From positions 7,998,001 through 8,062,000 of the forward strand of contig CM035356.1 of the NCBI GenBank assembly GCA_020137815.1: 64,000 bases of DNA, given 5' to 3'. Source of the DNA: Hormiphora californensis (lineage: Eukaryota > Animalia > Ctenophora). The notes under the pieces are model-generated. The model was not told where the DNA came from, did no database searches, and saw nothing but the letters and a program-made list of their open reading frames with translations. How positions within the stretch are numbered: position 1 is the stretch's first letter; each line of letters begins with the position of its first letter. The position numbers and the translations under genes were made by a program. Positions 11,501 through 24,337 of this stretch are shown here, piece by piece.

Positions 11501-14500
11501 TAGCGTCCTCGCATTAGTGGGGGTAGGTGCTGGAATTAAAGTGAGAGGTGCACAAAAACGAAAGTTGGAATAATTTCTAAACATGACGTCTCAATGTTTG
11601 ATAACTAAGAAATCTACTGGTGAAATTGCGTCATATAGTTATGAAACCCGATAGCTGATTTAACAGTCGTTTGAACATTTTGCGCGCTCATGATAACTGC
11701 TAGCTGGGAGATTTAACACCCTGCTCGCGTTTTAACAGTCCAGTTCCCCTTTTCTCGCGTTTCTCTTGATTTGAATAACAGGCGTGTAAAATTCCAAGTA
11801 ATAAAAATGTGTGTAAACACACAGTTCCGTCAACAAGAGAGAGGGGAAACATGTCTGCAACACTTTTCAATGTTATCTCTCTCATAAAAAGTCAAAAGAA
11901 TCACATTCCTATCTTTCTCTCTCTCATTCCCTCTTTTACTGTTCAATATCTCTCACTGTGTGTATTGGCCCCAATCTTGCTCTCTCTCTTACTCAAATAT
12001 GTTAGGAACAGTTGCAACTAGGTGCCAGTTAGTTTACACACAGTTTGGGGACCTCTGTTGACTATTTGCCAGTACTCCTTGTGTGTTTTACCTTGTGTTG
12101 TGTCTCTTATTTGTGTGTAATTACTATCGGGTTTCATAAACTATGAACGTTTGTTAGCCTATCGCGTTATAGGTTTAAATCACCTCCCCCTCACCCTCGG
12201 CTGGCGCCTCGGGATCGGCGTCGGGATTTAAACCAGTTTAATCGCCCTACCGGGCGATTAAACTCCAGTTGGCTGTCCCCAGCTCGCGCTGGGAACAGCC
12301 AACTTCATAACGCGCCAGTCTACAAACGTTCATAGTTCATATGAAACCCGATAGCTGATTTATCAGTCGTGCTAGCTGGGGGATTTAACACCCTGCTCGC
12401 TATTTATCAGACCAGTGCCCTTTTTCACGCGTTTCTCTTCATTTCCATAACATGCGTGTAAATTTCCAAGTTATGAAAATGTGTGTAAACACACAGTTCT
12501 GTCAATAACAGAGAGGGGAACACATCTGCAAGACTTTTCAATGTTTTCTCTCTCATCAAGAGGCAAAATAATCGCATTCCATTCGTTTCTCTCTCTCATT
12601 CTCTCTTTTACTGTTCAATATCTCTCAATGTGTGCATTGGCCCCAATCTTGCTCTCTCTTACTCAAATATGTAAGGAACAGTTGCAACTAGGTGCCAGTT
12701 AGTCTACACACAGTTTGGGGACGTCTATTGACTATTCCCCAGCAGTCCTTGTGTGTTTCACCTTGTGTTGTGTCTCTTATTTGTGTGTAATTGCTATCGG
12801 GTTTCATAAACTATGAACGTTTGTTAGCCTATCGCGTTATAGGTTTAAATCACCTCCCCCTCACCCTCGGCTGGCGCCTCGGGATCGGCGTCGGGATTTA
12901 AACCAGTTTAATCGCCCTGCCGGGCGATTAAACTCCAGTTGGCTGTCCCCAGCTCGCGCTGGGAACAGCCAACTTCATAACGCGCCAGTCTACAAACGTT
13001 CATAGTTCATTTGTGGGTTTAGAAGCCCATTCTTTTTCCATTTAAAATAAGAGTCCAATCTCACTCAACAATCCCCACCTTCCTGAGTCCTGTCATTTGT
13101 AGAAGTAACTTCGATTCTCCCACTTGCTAGTAGTTTTCCTCGTGAAGGGTCTAACGCCACCTCATGAAGTGAGTGGTTCCCCCGTGGTCCCCCGACCCAC
13201 GTATTAGGACACTGACGTGGTTCAGAGCCGCATGACACCTGGGTTAACTCATGCTACGTTAGTTCAGTGGTTATTGATCTACCGAACCCTCACAGAGATG
13301 GTGTGGGCCACACAAAGTGATTAGTACATCCCCTAATTTAATACGTATAGTACCTGGATATAAAGAATTAGAAGTCAAGTTTGGAACTTCTTAATTCCCA
13401 TCCAATACATACTTAGTGATTATCATACCCACCACTCCTAACTACACGATCACAATATATCTCGTTACAAAATACACGATCACAATATATCTCGTTACAA
13501 AATACACGATCACAATATGTCTCGTTACCTCTTACTAACAACACGTTCCCGATATGTCTCGTTACCTCTTACTAACAACACGTTCCCGATATGTCTCGTT
13601 ACCTCTTACTAACAACACGTTCCCAATACATATCTCGTTACCTCTTACTAACAACACGTTCCCAATACATATCTCGTTACCTCTTACTAACAACACGTTC
13701 CCGATATGTCTCGTTACCTCTTACTAACAACACGTGTCCCAATACATATCTTGCCTTCCTCCAGGTGTTGTCCAAGAAGCCCCCTGAGGCGAGTGGTAGT
13801 ATGTCTGAACAGCAGCAGACACAACAGAGAGACAGGGCCATATCCCTCATGTGTAGAGTGTATGTGGGATCCATACACTACGATCTGAATGAGGAGGATC
13901 TCAGGAAGGCTTTTGCACCCTTCGGACCTATCAAGGTGAGGTCCATTTAGGCACCCTTCAGTCCATTTAGGGATTAAACAGCTTGTGGGCTGGTATCAAT
14001 ATAATATCAGGTTGGTAACTATTCCAGCAGTAGTCACGTTTATTAACATCTAAACAGATCTAACCACATTTCTCACCTGTCTGTTTCTCTAGGACTGTAT
14101 ACTTCATTACTCACCTGTGTATTTCTCTAGGACTGTATACTTCATTTCTCACCTGTGTATTTCTCTAGGACTGTTTACTTCATTACTCACCTGTGTATTT
14201 CTCTAGGACTGTTTACTTCATTACTCACCTGTGTATTTCTCTAGGACTGTATACTTCATTTCTCACCTGTGTATTTCTCTAGGACTGTATACTTCATTAC
14301 TCACCTGTGTATTTCTCTAGGACTGTATACTTCATTACTCACCTGTGTATTTCTCTAGGACTGTATACTTCATTACTCACCTGTGTATTTCTCTAGGACT
14401 GTTTACTTCATTACTCACCTGTGTATTTCTCTAGGACTGTTTACTTCATTTCTCACCTGTGTATTTCTCTAGGACTGTATACTTCATTACTCACCTGTGT

Positions 14501-17500
14501 ATTTCTCTAGGACTGTTTACTTCATTACTCGCAGGGTGTTGATCTGTCCTGGGACAATAGTAACCCAAACAAGGGTAGAACCCACAAGGGGTATGCCTTC
14601 TTGGAGTACAATGTTGCAGAGAGCGCCCAGTTAGCCCTCGACCAGATGAACGGTGTTATGTTAGGCGGCAAACCACTAAAGGTAACCATGACAACCACTA
14701 AAGGTAATCATGGACAACCACTAAAGGTAACCATGACAACCACTAAAGGTAACCATGACAACCACTAAAGGTAACCATGACAACCACTAAAGGTAACCAT
14801 GACAACCACTAAAGTTAACCACGACAACCACTAAAGGTAACCGTGACAACCACTAAAGGTTACCATGACAACCACTAAATGTAACCATGACAACCACTAA
14901 AGGTAATCATGACAACCACTAAAGGTAACCATGACAACCACTAAAGGTAACCGTGACAACCACTAAAGGTTACCATGACAACCACTAAAGGTTACCATGA
15001 CAACCACTAAAGGTAACCATGACAACCACTAAAGGTAACCGTGACAACCACTAAAGGTTACCATGACAACCACTAAAGGTTACCATGACAACCACTTAAG
15101 GTAACCGTGACAACCAATAAAGGTAACCGTGACAACCACTAAAGGTAACCATGACAACCACTAAAGGTAACCATGACAACCGCTAAAGTTAACCATGACA
15201 ACCACTAAAGGTAACCATGACAACCACTAAAGGTAACCATAACAACTAGTAACTACTAAAGGTAGGGTGCGTCGTGAAGTGAGTTCGCATTAAACTCGTC
15301 ACTCGATATATAACCCTCGACATACCAATTTTTATTTATTTTTTAAACTTTTCCCAGTGTGCCAGGCCTAGCAACATCCCAGCGGCCCTGCCTCTAATCC
15401 AGGCGATAACAGATGAGGCATCACGGGAACCCAGGATTTACGTATCCGCTATACATCAGGTAAAGAAGGGTGGACAACAACTTTCAATTGAACATTTGAT
15501 ACGTCCCTTTCAGTGGCCTTCTGATCTGTTCTTTGAGGAATATTACAATGGGTATTAATCCCTTATTAATTTGTATTGTTTTGCAGGATCTCTCCGAGAG
15601 TGATATCAGGAGTGTATTTGAAGCGTTTGGGCCCATTAGAGGAGTCTACCTATCACAGGATGTTATGCCGGGAAAACACCAAGGGTAATTATAAGGGAAT
15701 GAGGGGGCTTTTTATCGTACAGTCGGACCCCGATTTAGTGGCCCCCGATTTAGTGGCAGGATTTTTTCCCCCGAGGATGCCACTAAATCGGGGTCCGACT
15801 GTATGATATACTTCAATCTAATTTTGTAAATTCTATACCAAGGTGAGGTAAGTATTTCCAATGCTCTCCTCAGATGAACTATGAACTAACACCCCCCCCC
15901 CTCCCCGCTAGGTATGCCTTTATAGAGTACGAGACTCTAGACGCAGCGAACGATGCAGTTGCTGCAATGAACCTGTTCGATCTCGGTGGACAGTTCCTTC
16001 GAGTGGGACGAGCTATCACCCCACCCTCCCGACAACCACAAAACAACCTTCCTCCGGAGCTACAGGCAGTTCAAGCTGCTGCTGCTGCCGCTAACAAGGC
16101 CATAGAGGAGGCACTAACCTCTTCAGGACCTCCTGGACCTGTTAGTGCTGCTCCACCTGCCAACCCCCAACCATCCAGACACAGAAGCAGGGAGAGGGGT
16201 GGTGGAAGGAGAAGTAGGAGCAGGAGTAGGAGTCGGAAACACAAGAAAGACAAGAAGAAGAAAAGGTGATTATGGTGTTGTGTTTGTTACAATTTCTAAC
16301 ATTCCAAATCAGTAGCAAACTCTGTCTAATAGTTCATTACCCAATTTAGACGACGATCCTCTGAAGACGAAATGGATACTCAGCCTGCACCGGCTGCTCC
16401 CCCGGCCCCTGAACAAGTTGACGAGGATGATGGGTTGAACGCTAAGGAGAAGGCCAAGAAGACTATAGAGCAGTTACAGAAGGGTGATAACTCCATCTCC
16501 CAGGAGGAGGATATGAGTATAACGGGTAGCAATGCTAGATTCATGATTATGCAGAAGTTAGCCATGAAGGACAAAGAGGTGAGCTTTACATTATAGTTTT
16601 ATTAATTTATTCTTTTGGATATATAGTTTAAGTTACTCGTTTAACGAAGTTGATCCGTCGAGAAGTTGGTCAAGTGATTCTGAATTCTGTCCCACAGTCT
16701 GTCACAGTTCTGCCACAGTTCCAGTGGATTGCGTAGCGCGCCAAGATACGACCACTGGAGTCTGCGCGCGATTCAGACCGCGCGACCCGACCGTGGGAAT
16801 ATTTTGGGCGGTCAGGGCCGGCTTTTTGTTTTCCGATTCTCTTCAACTGACACTCGCAACTTTTCAGAGTTCTGTGATGGTTTTGAAGAACATGGTTTCA
16901 TTTGAGGATGTAGATGATGATCTAGAGAATGAGGTGTGTAGAGTACTTTATATTCAACTGATAATCGTGAACATATGATACATTTCCCATATTTTTCTGT
17001 TCCTACTTTATTCTTGATCTACCGAACCCTCACAGAGTAGGCCAGTCATATGACGTCGATATATCGCTGAAAAAGGAAGTAATTGATCTAAAAGCGATTC
17101 CACTTCCAGGGCCCTCCAATGGGTCTCTACAACCACCAAAAAAATTTACCGCGGGTACCGCGATGGAGAAATCGGTCATTTCCGGGTTTATTTTGCACCT
17201 GCATAAATATAGCCTAGGACGAATGCGATATACGGTAAAAACCGTCTTTGGAAACAAGTAGAAAAGAAATCAAGGGCACTAAAGTGTGTAGCGTCCTCGC
17301 ATTAGTGGGGGTAGGTGCTGGAATTAAGTCTCTATCTTATCAGGTTAATTAGATAATTGGATAATTAGATGCGCACATAGCCGTTTTATGGTTATACGGT
17401 AAAAACCATCTTTGGAATGGAGTAGAGAAAAAACCGAGGGTACTAGAGTGATCAGCGTCCTCGAATTAGTGGGGGTAGGTACCAAAATTAAGTTCCTATC

Positions 17501-20500
17501 TCATCGCGTTAATTAGATAATTGGATAATTAGGTATGCACATAACCGTTTTTAGGTTACATGGCTATAGCCACTTAGGAATGGTTTGGAGACTTTTCATT
17601 GGTGCCATTTTGTAGGCAATAGCCAAGTTATTGGGGGTCGACGTCGGACTTTTAAGCTCTATATTCAACCGTTTAGCCGTTATTTGGCTTTAAAGGTGCT
17701 CAAAGTGAGCAAAAAAGCGGTAAAAAGACCGATTTTGAGCACCTTTAAAGCCATATAACGGCTAAATGGTTGAATATAGAGCTTAAAAGTCCGACGTCGA
17801 CCTTGGTATCGAAGACACCTCACACTCTGTTTAGAGGTATCAGAAGGGCTTGCCCTATTTTTATAGCGCGCCCAAAACGTTATACTGAGCACTGAAAAGT
17901 TGTAGTCTACACTACATAGTTCTAGCTAAGGGGTTTGAGCCGCGCACAGAGCCACACCGAGACCAAATCTCGTTACTTTCCTGATTTCTTTGACACAAAC
18001 AAGTATTGCAGAGCGGCCAATAGAGCTGGCGGTTTCAAACTTCGTCCGTATTCGGAGGGATAGATTAGCAGTTCAGTGTTTCAAACCAGGTTTAATTTGG
18101 CAAAGTAGAAGCTGAGTTACAACATGTTTTGTACAAATGGTTCAACTTCAAGACCTTTTTAATTTTGATGGCCAGACCTTTCAAGATAGAAACTTCAAAC
18201 TTTGCCACGATCTTTGATATGATGTTAAGCATACCTGACCTACTTTTTCAAAAATTTTTTTCATCATTAACACATAAAACTGATTTCAAAACCAAGGTTC
18301 CGGGGATAATTTTTTAAATATGAGTACAGAATTATAATTTTCAGACAATTTGGTGGGGAATACCAAAATTTGGTGCATTTTCATTGAGTGGTTGAGGAGC
18401 TATTAATTTTTGAAGTGAATCAAAGCGGGTTTGTTACCCCTACTCAGGCCGCTTCGCGGCCTTCGTTTGGCGTGCTTCGCACGCCGCGCCGGCAAGGGAG
18501 GGGTAACTTCGTTACCAAACGTCGACCCCCCATAACTTGGCTATTGCCTACAAAATGGCACCAATGAAAAGTCTCTAAACCATTCCTAAGTGGCTATAGC
18601 CATGTAACCTAAAAACGGTTATGCGCATATTGAAACGTTCCACGACCTTGGTCTGGATGTGCTTGCCTTAACAGAGACCTGGCTGGAAGATGGCGACATC
18701 GTTACTCCTGGAGTGATGAAAGAGCTTGGGTTCAACCTCTATAGTTCTGCAAGAGGAAAACGAGGGGGAGGGGTTGCTATTCTTGCGAAGAAAAGCATAA
18801 ACATCCGTACTGTGAAACTAGATACAAAGCCACAAACCTTTGAATGCATACAGGCTACCGTTGAAGGAGGAAACCTCCAAAGGACAAGACTAGTGGTTGT
18901 ATATCGGCCACCTTCTACCTCAAAAAAGGACTTCTTGATTGAGTTTGAGGAATACATTTCGACTCTAAATGGACTAAGTGGTCATCCCTTGATTCTTGGA
19001 GATTTCAACATCCACACTGAGGATGAAAACGATCCAACGTCTAAAGCCTTTAACGAGATACTTCTTGATGAAAGATGGATACAACACGTGGAAGACCCTA
19101 CGCACGTCGCTGGAGGGACACTTGACCTTGTCATCAGCAGAGACGATGAGGCTAGCCCACCAATCAGTGCTATGGAGGTCGCGAGATCGGCAGTTTCAGA
19201 TCATTATGCAGTAACCTTCCATCTCCATGTGGGTAGACCTGACACCGAGAAAAGAAAAGTGGTAACGAGCAGAAAGATGAAAAACGTAACCCTGGAGGCC
19301 CTTTCTTCTAAAATAGCAGATTCCTCGCTAGTCTACCCGCTGAGACCTACTGAACTAGAAGACTGCTTACGGCTGTATTATGATACTCTGATGAATATCC
19401 TCGATGAATTAGCCCCAGTTGAGGAGATGACTGTTAAAGAATCAGATAATCCACCATGGTACACTAAAGAGTGTGTTGATGCCAAACGAACTCGCAGAAA
19501 ATACGAGAGAGCGTTCAAAACTGCCCTTAAGAAAGCTAAGAAGAAATCGGACTACAGCGATGCATGGATAGCCCTGAAAAACTTCACCGATGAAACTTCT
19601 AGGTTTATTACGAAAACCAGAGTATCCTACTACCGTGAAAAACTGAAACTGGTTGCTGATGATCCAGCAGCGGTAAGCGGTATCATAAACAAGCTTCTTG
19701 GTAAAGACAAGATCCCTCAGGAACTACCAAGTGGATGGTCGGATGAAGAAGCAGCGAACAAATTTAGTGCTTACTTTAAATCAAAGATCGAAAACATCTA
19801 TGAGATGATTAAAGTCGAGAAAGCACTTAATGGATGTGTTCCTGACCTTTCCGAACACCTTTTAAAGGAAATTCCTTCTCCTCTTTCAAGAAAGTGAGTG
19901 ATGAGGATCTCACTGCTATTATAACGTCGATGAGCAAGAAGCACTGTGATCTTGATCCGATACCTACTCGAACTCTAGTTGGACTCTTACCGCAACTATT
20001 ACCTATTATATCTGACATTGTCAATGGAAGCCTTCAAGAGGGAAGATTCCCTGAAATGCTGAAACAATCCCTGGTTAGGCCATCTTTCAAGAAAAAGGAC
20101 AGTCCCGAGGATATGAAGAATTACCGTCCTGTTTCTAATTTATCCTTCATCTCGAAGATCATCGAGAAATGTGCGGCGGCCCAATTAACTGAGCATCTGG
20201 AGGAGAATAATTTGTTTCCAGGAGTGCAATCAGCTTACAGAACACATCACAGCACTGAGACCACTCTTGTGAAGGTGGTCAACGATCTCCTGCTCATTAC
20301 TGACGAGAAATCCAAGGCAATCCTAGTACTTTTAGACTTGAGCGCTGCTTTCGATACCATCAATCACAAGATACTCCTGGGGAAGCTGAAAAGGAACTAT
20401 GGTGTGACAGGGACTGCTCTCTCCTGGTTTGAGTCCTACCTGACGGACAGAAAGGCCTCGGTAAAAGTTGGAAACTCGACCTCATCGCCAGTGGCTATAA

Positions 20501-23198
20501 CCATCGGAGTTCCTCAAGGATCCATCTTAGGGCCCCTTTTGTTCATTCTCTATACCAAAGAACTTGAGAGTATCGCTAAGCACTATGGTTTACTAGTAGA
20601 GCTATATGCTGACGATACGCAGCTCTATGTTTCATTTACCAACAACAAACTAGTTGACTTGGAAAAGACACTTCAGGAATGTCTCAACCATATCAAGGTG
20701 TGGATGGCAGACAACTTTCTTCGACTAAATCCTTCGAAAACTGAATTCATCGTTCTTAGAAACAAACACGACAAAGAAGCGAATCCAGAAGCTATAAAAG
20801 CACTAGACGACCAAGATCCATCTGTTCCAGCCCCACTGGTGCGAAACCTTGGTGTTTTCCTTGATTCGGAGCTTTCACTAACTGGAAACGTTTCAAAAAC
20901 GGTAAGAGCATGCAATCTGTGTCTCCTGAATCTTTGGAAGATAGGTAATACACTAACTATCGACCTCAAAGTGAAGCTAGTCAACACCCTTGTACACAGT
21001 AGGCTTGATTACTGCAATAGTCTACTTGCGGGAGCATCTGCTAAAGACCTCGGGAGGTTACAAAAGGTTCAAAACGCTGCCACAAGATTCATCACGGGAC
21101 GCCGATCTCTTCATAGCACATCAGACATTCGAAGACAGCTTCATTTTCTACCGGTTAAGGAAAGAATTAACTACAAGCTATGCTTATTGACCTACAAAGC
21201 CCTAAACGGTCTAGCACCGACGTATCTTTCTGAACTGGTACAGCGTCGGAAGCACAAGCTGAAGAATCTCCGGCGTGATATGGACATAACATATCTTGAA
21301 AGGAAATACACCCGTTATTGCTCGAGCAAAGGAGCCTTTAGTGTCGCTGCGCCAGCAGTGTGGAACGACCTGCCGAAACTTCTACGTGAAAATACATCCG
21401 TCCTATCCTTTAAAGCCAACCTAAAGACTCACTTCTTCAAAAAAGCCTACAAATGTTGAAGGACCCATTTCCGGTATGAAACATGGACAATTGTGACAGA
21501 GTGATGTGTATGAGTATATGTAACGTGTGTAGCGTGAACTAAGTGAAGCTGGAATGGTCAGTATTTATTTTTTTTTCCTCTTTCCTCTATCCTCTAAACT
21601 GACCCTTACTGCTAATGATTGGTTTGTTTATTTTGTAACATTTGATATCAAAAGGGAAAAAAAAAGAAGAAAAAAAAAGAAAAAAAAAAAAAAAAAAAGG
21701 ACAACAACAAAAAAGCGAGAAAAACGTGTGAATATAAAAAACATCCCAATGAAAAAAAAAAGAAAAAAAAAAAAAAAAAAAAAAAAGTTGTCCTAAAAAA
21801 AAAAGAAAAGAAAAAGAGAGCTTGCAAGAAAATAGAATGATATGTGAGGACTTGTAAGTGTTAAAGCAGTTGGCAAGTGGCTTCTACTACTCCAAATTGG
21901 TCAACTGAATTACTGGAAATTGGAAATGCTACATGATACATCTTCTTCGAGTATTTTATGTGCAACTAAGCACACAGGTTTCAGTATAGGTATCCTAGTA
22001 TCAGTATCCCCGATAGGGGCGGTCTTCAATTTGCTTCTTTTGGATCTTTTAGATCCTTCAAGGATATTATATGCACTACTGCATTTTCTGCAGTGATAGG
22101 ATCCCCTAAATTATTTCTCAACCTTCCAAATATATTAACAAAACATCTTTCAGAAGATAAGAAAAAATCATAATCTTGTAGTAAAACTAGCCGCTTTTGG
22201 AGCGAGGGCTGTTGGGGATGAAAGAGGATGGAATGATGAATTTTTTCTTCTTCCAACAGCAGAACTTGTGCTGAACCGTAAAACGGACAGTTAAAGAGCG
22301 GACTATAAATGTTTATTTTGTATTGTATTGTATTGTATACCTAATTATCCAATTATCTAATTAACGCGATGAGATAGGAACTTAATTTTGGTACCTACCC
22401 CCACTAATTCGAGGACGCTGATCACTCTAGTACCCTCGGTTTTTTTCTCTACTCCATTCCAAAGATGGTTTTTACCGTATAACCATAAAACGGCTATGTG
22501 CGCATCTAATTATCCAATTATCTAATTAACCTGATAAGATAGAGACATAATTCCAGCACCTACCCCCACTAATGCGAGGACGCTACACACTTTAGTGTCC
22601 TTGATTTCTTTTCTACTTGTTTCCAAAGACGGTTTTTACCGTATATCGCATTCGTCCTAGGCTATATTTATGCAGGTGCAAAATAAACCCGGAAATGACC
22701 GATTTCTCCATCGCGGTACCCGCGGTAAATTTTTTTGGTGGTTGTAGAGACCCATTGGAGGGCCCTGGAAGTGGAATCGCTTTTAGATCAATTAGTTCCA
22801 TTTCACAACGTCATATGGCTGGCCTAGAGCCACACAAATTTCCCTCTAGATTCGTGAGGAGTGCAGTAAGTATGGATCAGTTAAGAAAGTGTCTGTATAT
22901 CAAGAGGCACAAAGTGAGGCAGAAGATGCTGAGGTTGTAGTAAAGATCTTTGTTCAATTCCACAAAACATCAGGTAATAAGCAGTGCTTAGTGCATATAT
23001 CTCAATTCTCTCTATCCATTCCTCCTATTTATATTTTATATCACAAGTAATCAAACTACTCTCCAGACTGATCAAACTACTTCTCCAGAATGCGAGGTGG
23101 CAGTGAATAGTTTGAACGGAAGATGGTTCGGAGGAAGATCCATAGCTGCAACACTCTACGATGAACAAAGATACCTGCGAGACGACCTATCAGGATAA
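8598..23198 (+). CDS. PUF60: Poly(U)-binding splicing factor PUF60 / half pint (2 RRM + C-terminal UHM), 12 exons
   Basis: Exons 8598-8675, 10110-10223, 10376-10432, 13765-13935, 14535-14681, 15358-15459, 15587-15684, 15912-16265, 16350-16578, 16868-16933, 22850-22973, 23089-23198 join in phase. Hallmark peptides: [69 protein letters not shown]. The first two exons are less certain. Confidence 0.95.
8649..9230 (+). repeat. 29-bp minisatellite x20 that copies the PUF60 exon-1 end and 5' splice site
   Basis: Unit AAGAAGGGCCATCTAACTATTATTGAG|GT; (9226-8675)/29 = 19 extra donors. Confidence 0.95.
10980..11560. repeat. Degenerate fragments of the same repeat family that forms the arms of the 17038-22826 element
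   Basis: Three diverged copies of AAATCAAGGGCA.TAAA..GT.TAGCGTCCTC.CATTAGTGGGGGTAGG, matching 17268-17330. Confidence 0.7.
11635..13007 (+). mobile_element. Head-to-tail dimer of a ~680-bp non-coding element with asymmetric IRs and a terminal three-armed hairpin (Crypton-like?)
   Basis: Units 11640-12337 and 12340-13007. TATGAAACCCGATAG pairs with CTATCGGGTTTCATA, followed by a ~200-bp branched fold. ATAGTT direct repeat at the outer ends. Confidence 0.75.
13444..13750 (+). repeat. 29-bp then 37-39-bp minisatellite carrying TACTAAC, directly upstream of the PUF60 acceptor at 13764
   Basis: About 6 copies of TCTCGTTACCTCTTACTAACAACACGTTCCC. Confidence 0.9.
14068..14534 (+). repeat. 38-bp minisatellite x~12 ending at the PUF60 acceptor 14534
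   Basis: Unit CTCACCTGTGTATTTCTCTAGGACTGTATACTTCATTA. Confidence 0.92.
14672..15263 (+). repeat. 22-bp minisatellite x~26 that copies the PUF60 exon end and donor at 14681
   Basis: Unit ACCACTAAAG|GTAACCATGACA. Confidence 0.95.
15720..15801. mobile_element. Short Tc1/mariner-type MITE in a PUF60 intron
   Basis: TA|CAGTCGGACCCCGATTTAGTGG...CCACTAAATCGGGGTCCGACTG|TA. Confidence 0.88.
17038..22826. mobile_element. Long-TIR (foldback) non-autonomous DNA element whose right arm is interrupted by a LINE
   Basis: Left arm 17038-17644 is the reverse complement of 18520-18629 + 22338-22826. Termini TAGGCC/GGCCTA are flanked by GAG (or a TA duplication). Internal hairpin at 17637-17801. Confidence 0.88.
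18630..22337 (+). mobile_element. 5'-truncated L2/CR1-group LINE (APE + RT), ORF2 broken by one -1 frameshift
   Basis: APE ORF 18659-19897 ([23 protein letters not shown]). RT ORF 19894-21459 ([40 protein letters not shown]). 3' tail (TTGTA)n at ~22318-22337. Confidence 0.93.
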
Positions 23199-23635
23199 TA
23201 TCATAAGGGGATATCTGCCAAAGAGGATATGGAAGAGAGACAATTTAACAGTGTTTTAATCTTATTTACCAGCTTCACCGCATATATCCCTTGTTTTTCG
23301 TTTTTAGGGGTGCAACACTTGATATTCTACCTGTGAGGAGAAGAAGAGCTGGACCCCTATCATGACCCTCGATAAGATTTTGTAATACGGGTATGGTTTT
23401 TAATTCTTACCACCCTCATCTTCCAGGCCACAATCTGTTCATAGAGTTCGTCAGTTGAGTTTGGAAGAAACAAGTGGGAGACAAAGGCCGTTCTCTATTG
23501 ATGCAGGGACAACCTGGCAGCTGATAATCCAATTAGAGATATTGTCCCACCCAGGTATTACCTTTAGATAGATCAGCCGATAGTTCAGTTTAGATAACTT
23601 TAGAAACTCCAAATTTCTTTTGATGCAGTATCTAT

Positions 23636-23787
<152 letters not shown>

Positions 23788-24248
23788 GAATCTCTCATCA
23801 CCATTCCTCTATATCTCATCCTAAGGCTTCTTGTCCATTTACATATATCTTAACTTGAGTCATGTATTCTACAATTTGCCTACATTTTGGGTGGGGTACA
23901 ACTAATCAATAAACCGGGGTCATAACATGAGCCTTATTAGATAAAAGGTGAAAACTTGATTTGGTAATTCTGGTGTGGCGGCTTTAAGTACAGGTTTATG
24001 AAGAACAAGTCCAAAGTTTTATCAAATTTTCAGTACTTTCTCCATAAAACAATGTTTCTTTATTGGAAATTTGATAAAAATATATGCATTTATGTGGAAC
24101 AGACCACGACGCGACGACGATAGCAATTTTATGATAAAATTATAGAGAAGGGACATTTGTCGGCTTGGTTATGTATCGTGTTAGTTTGTCTTTGAGTAGA
24201 AATCATTCCAATTCTTTTCATTCGTACACATACACATACACACACACA

Positions 24249-24337
<89 letters not shown>

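Noticed and set aside
12139-12337. tRNA or tRNA-derived SINE call for the cloverleaf folds (also 61218-61398)
   Set aside because: They are ~190 nt with long arms and have no recognisable D/T loops or A/B boxes.
21554-21830. Lys-rich ORF / LINE poly(A) tail
   Set aside because: It is a low-complexity A-tract, possibly poorly polished. The LINE's junction with the host arm is ~500 bp further on at (TTGTA)n.
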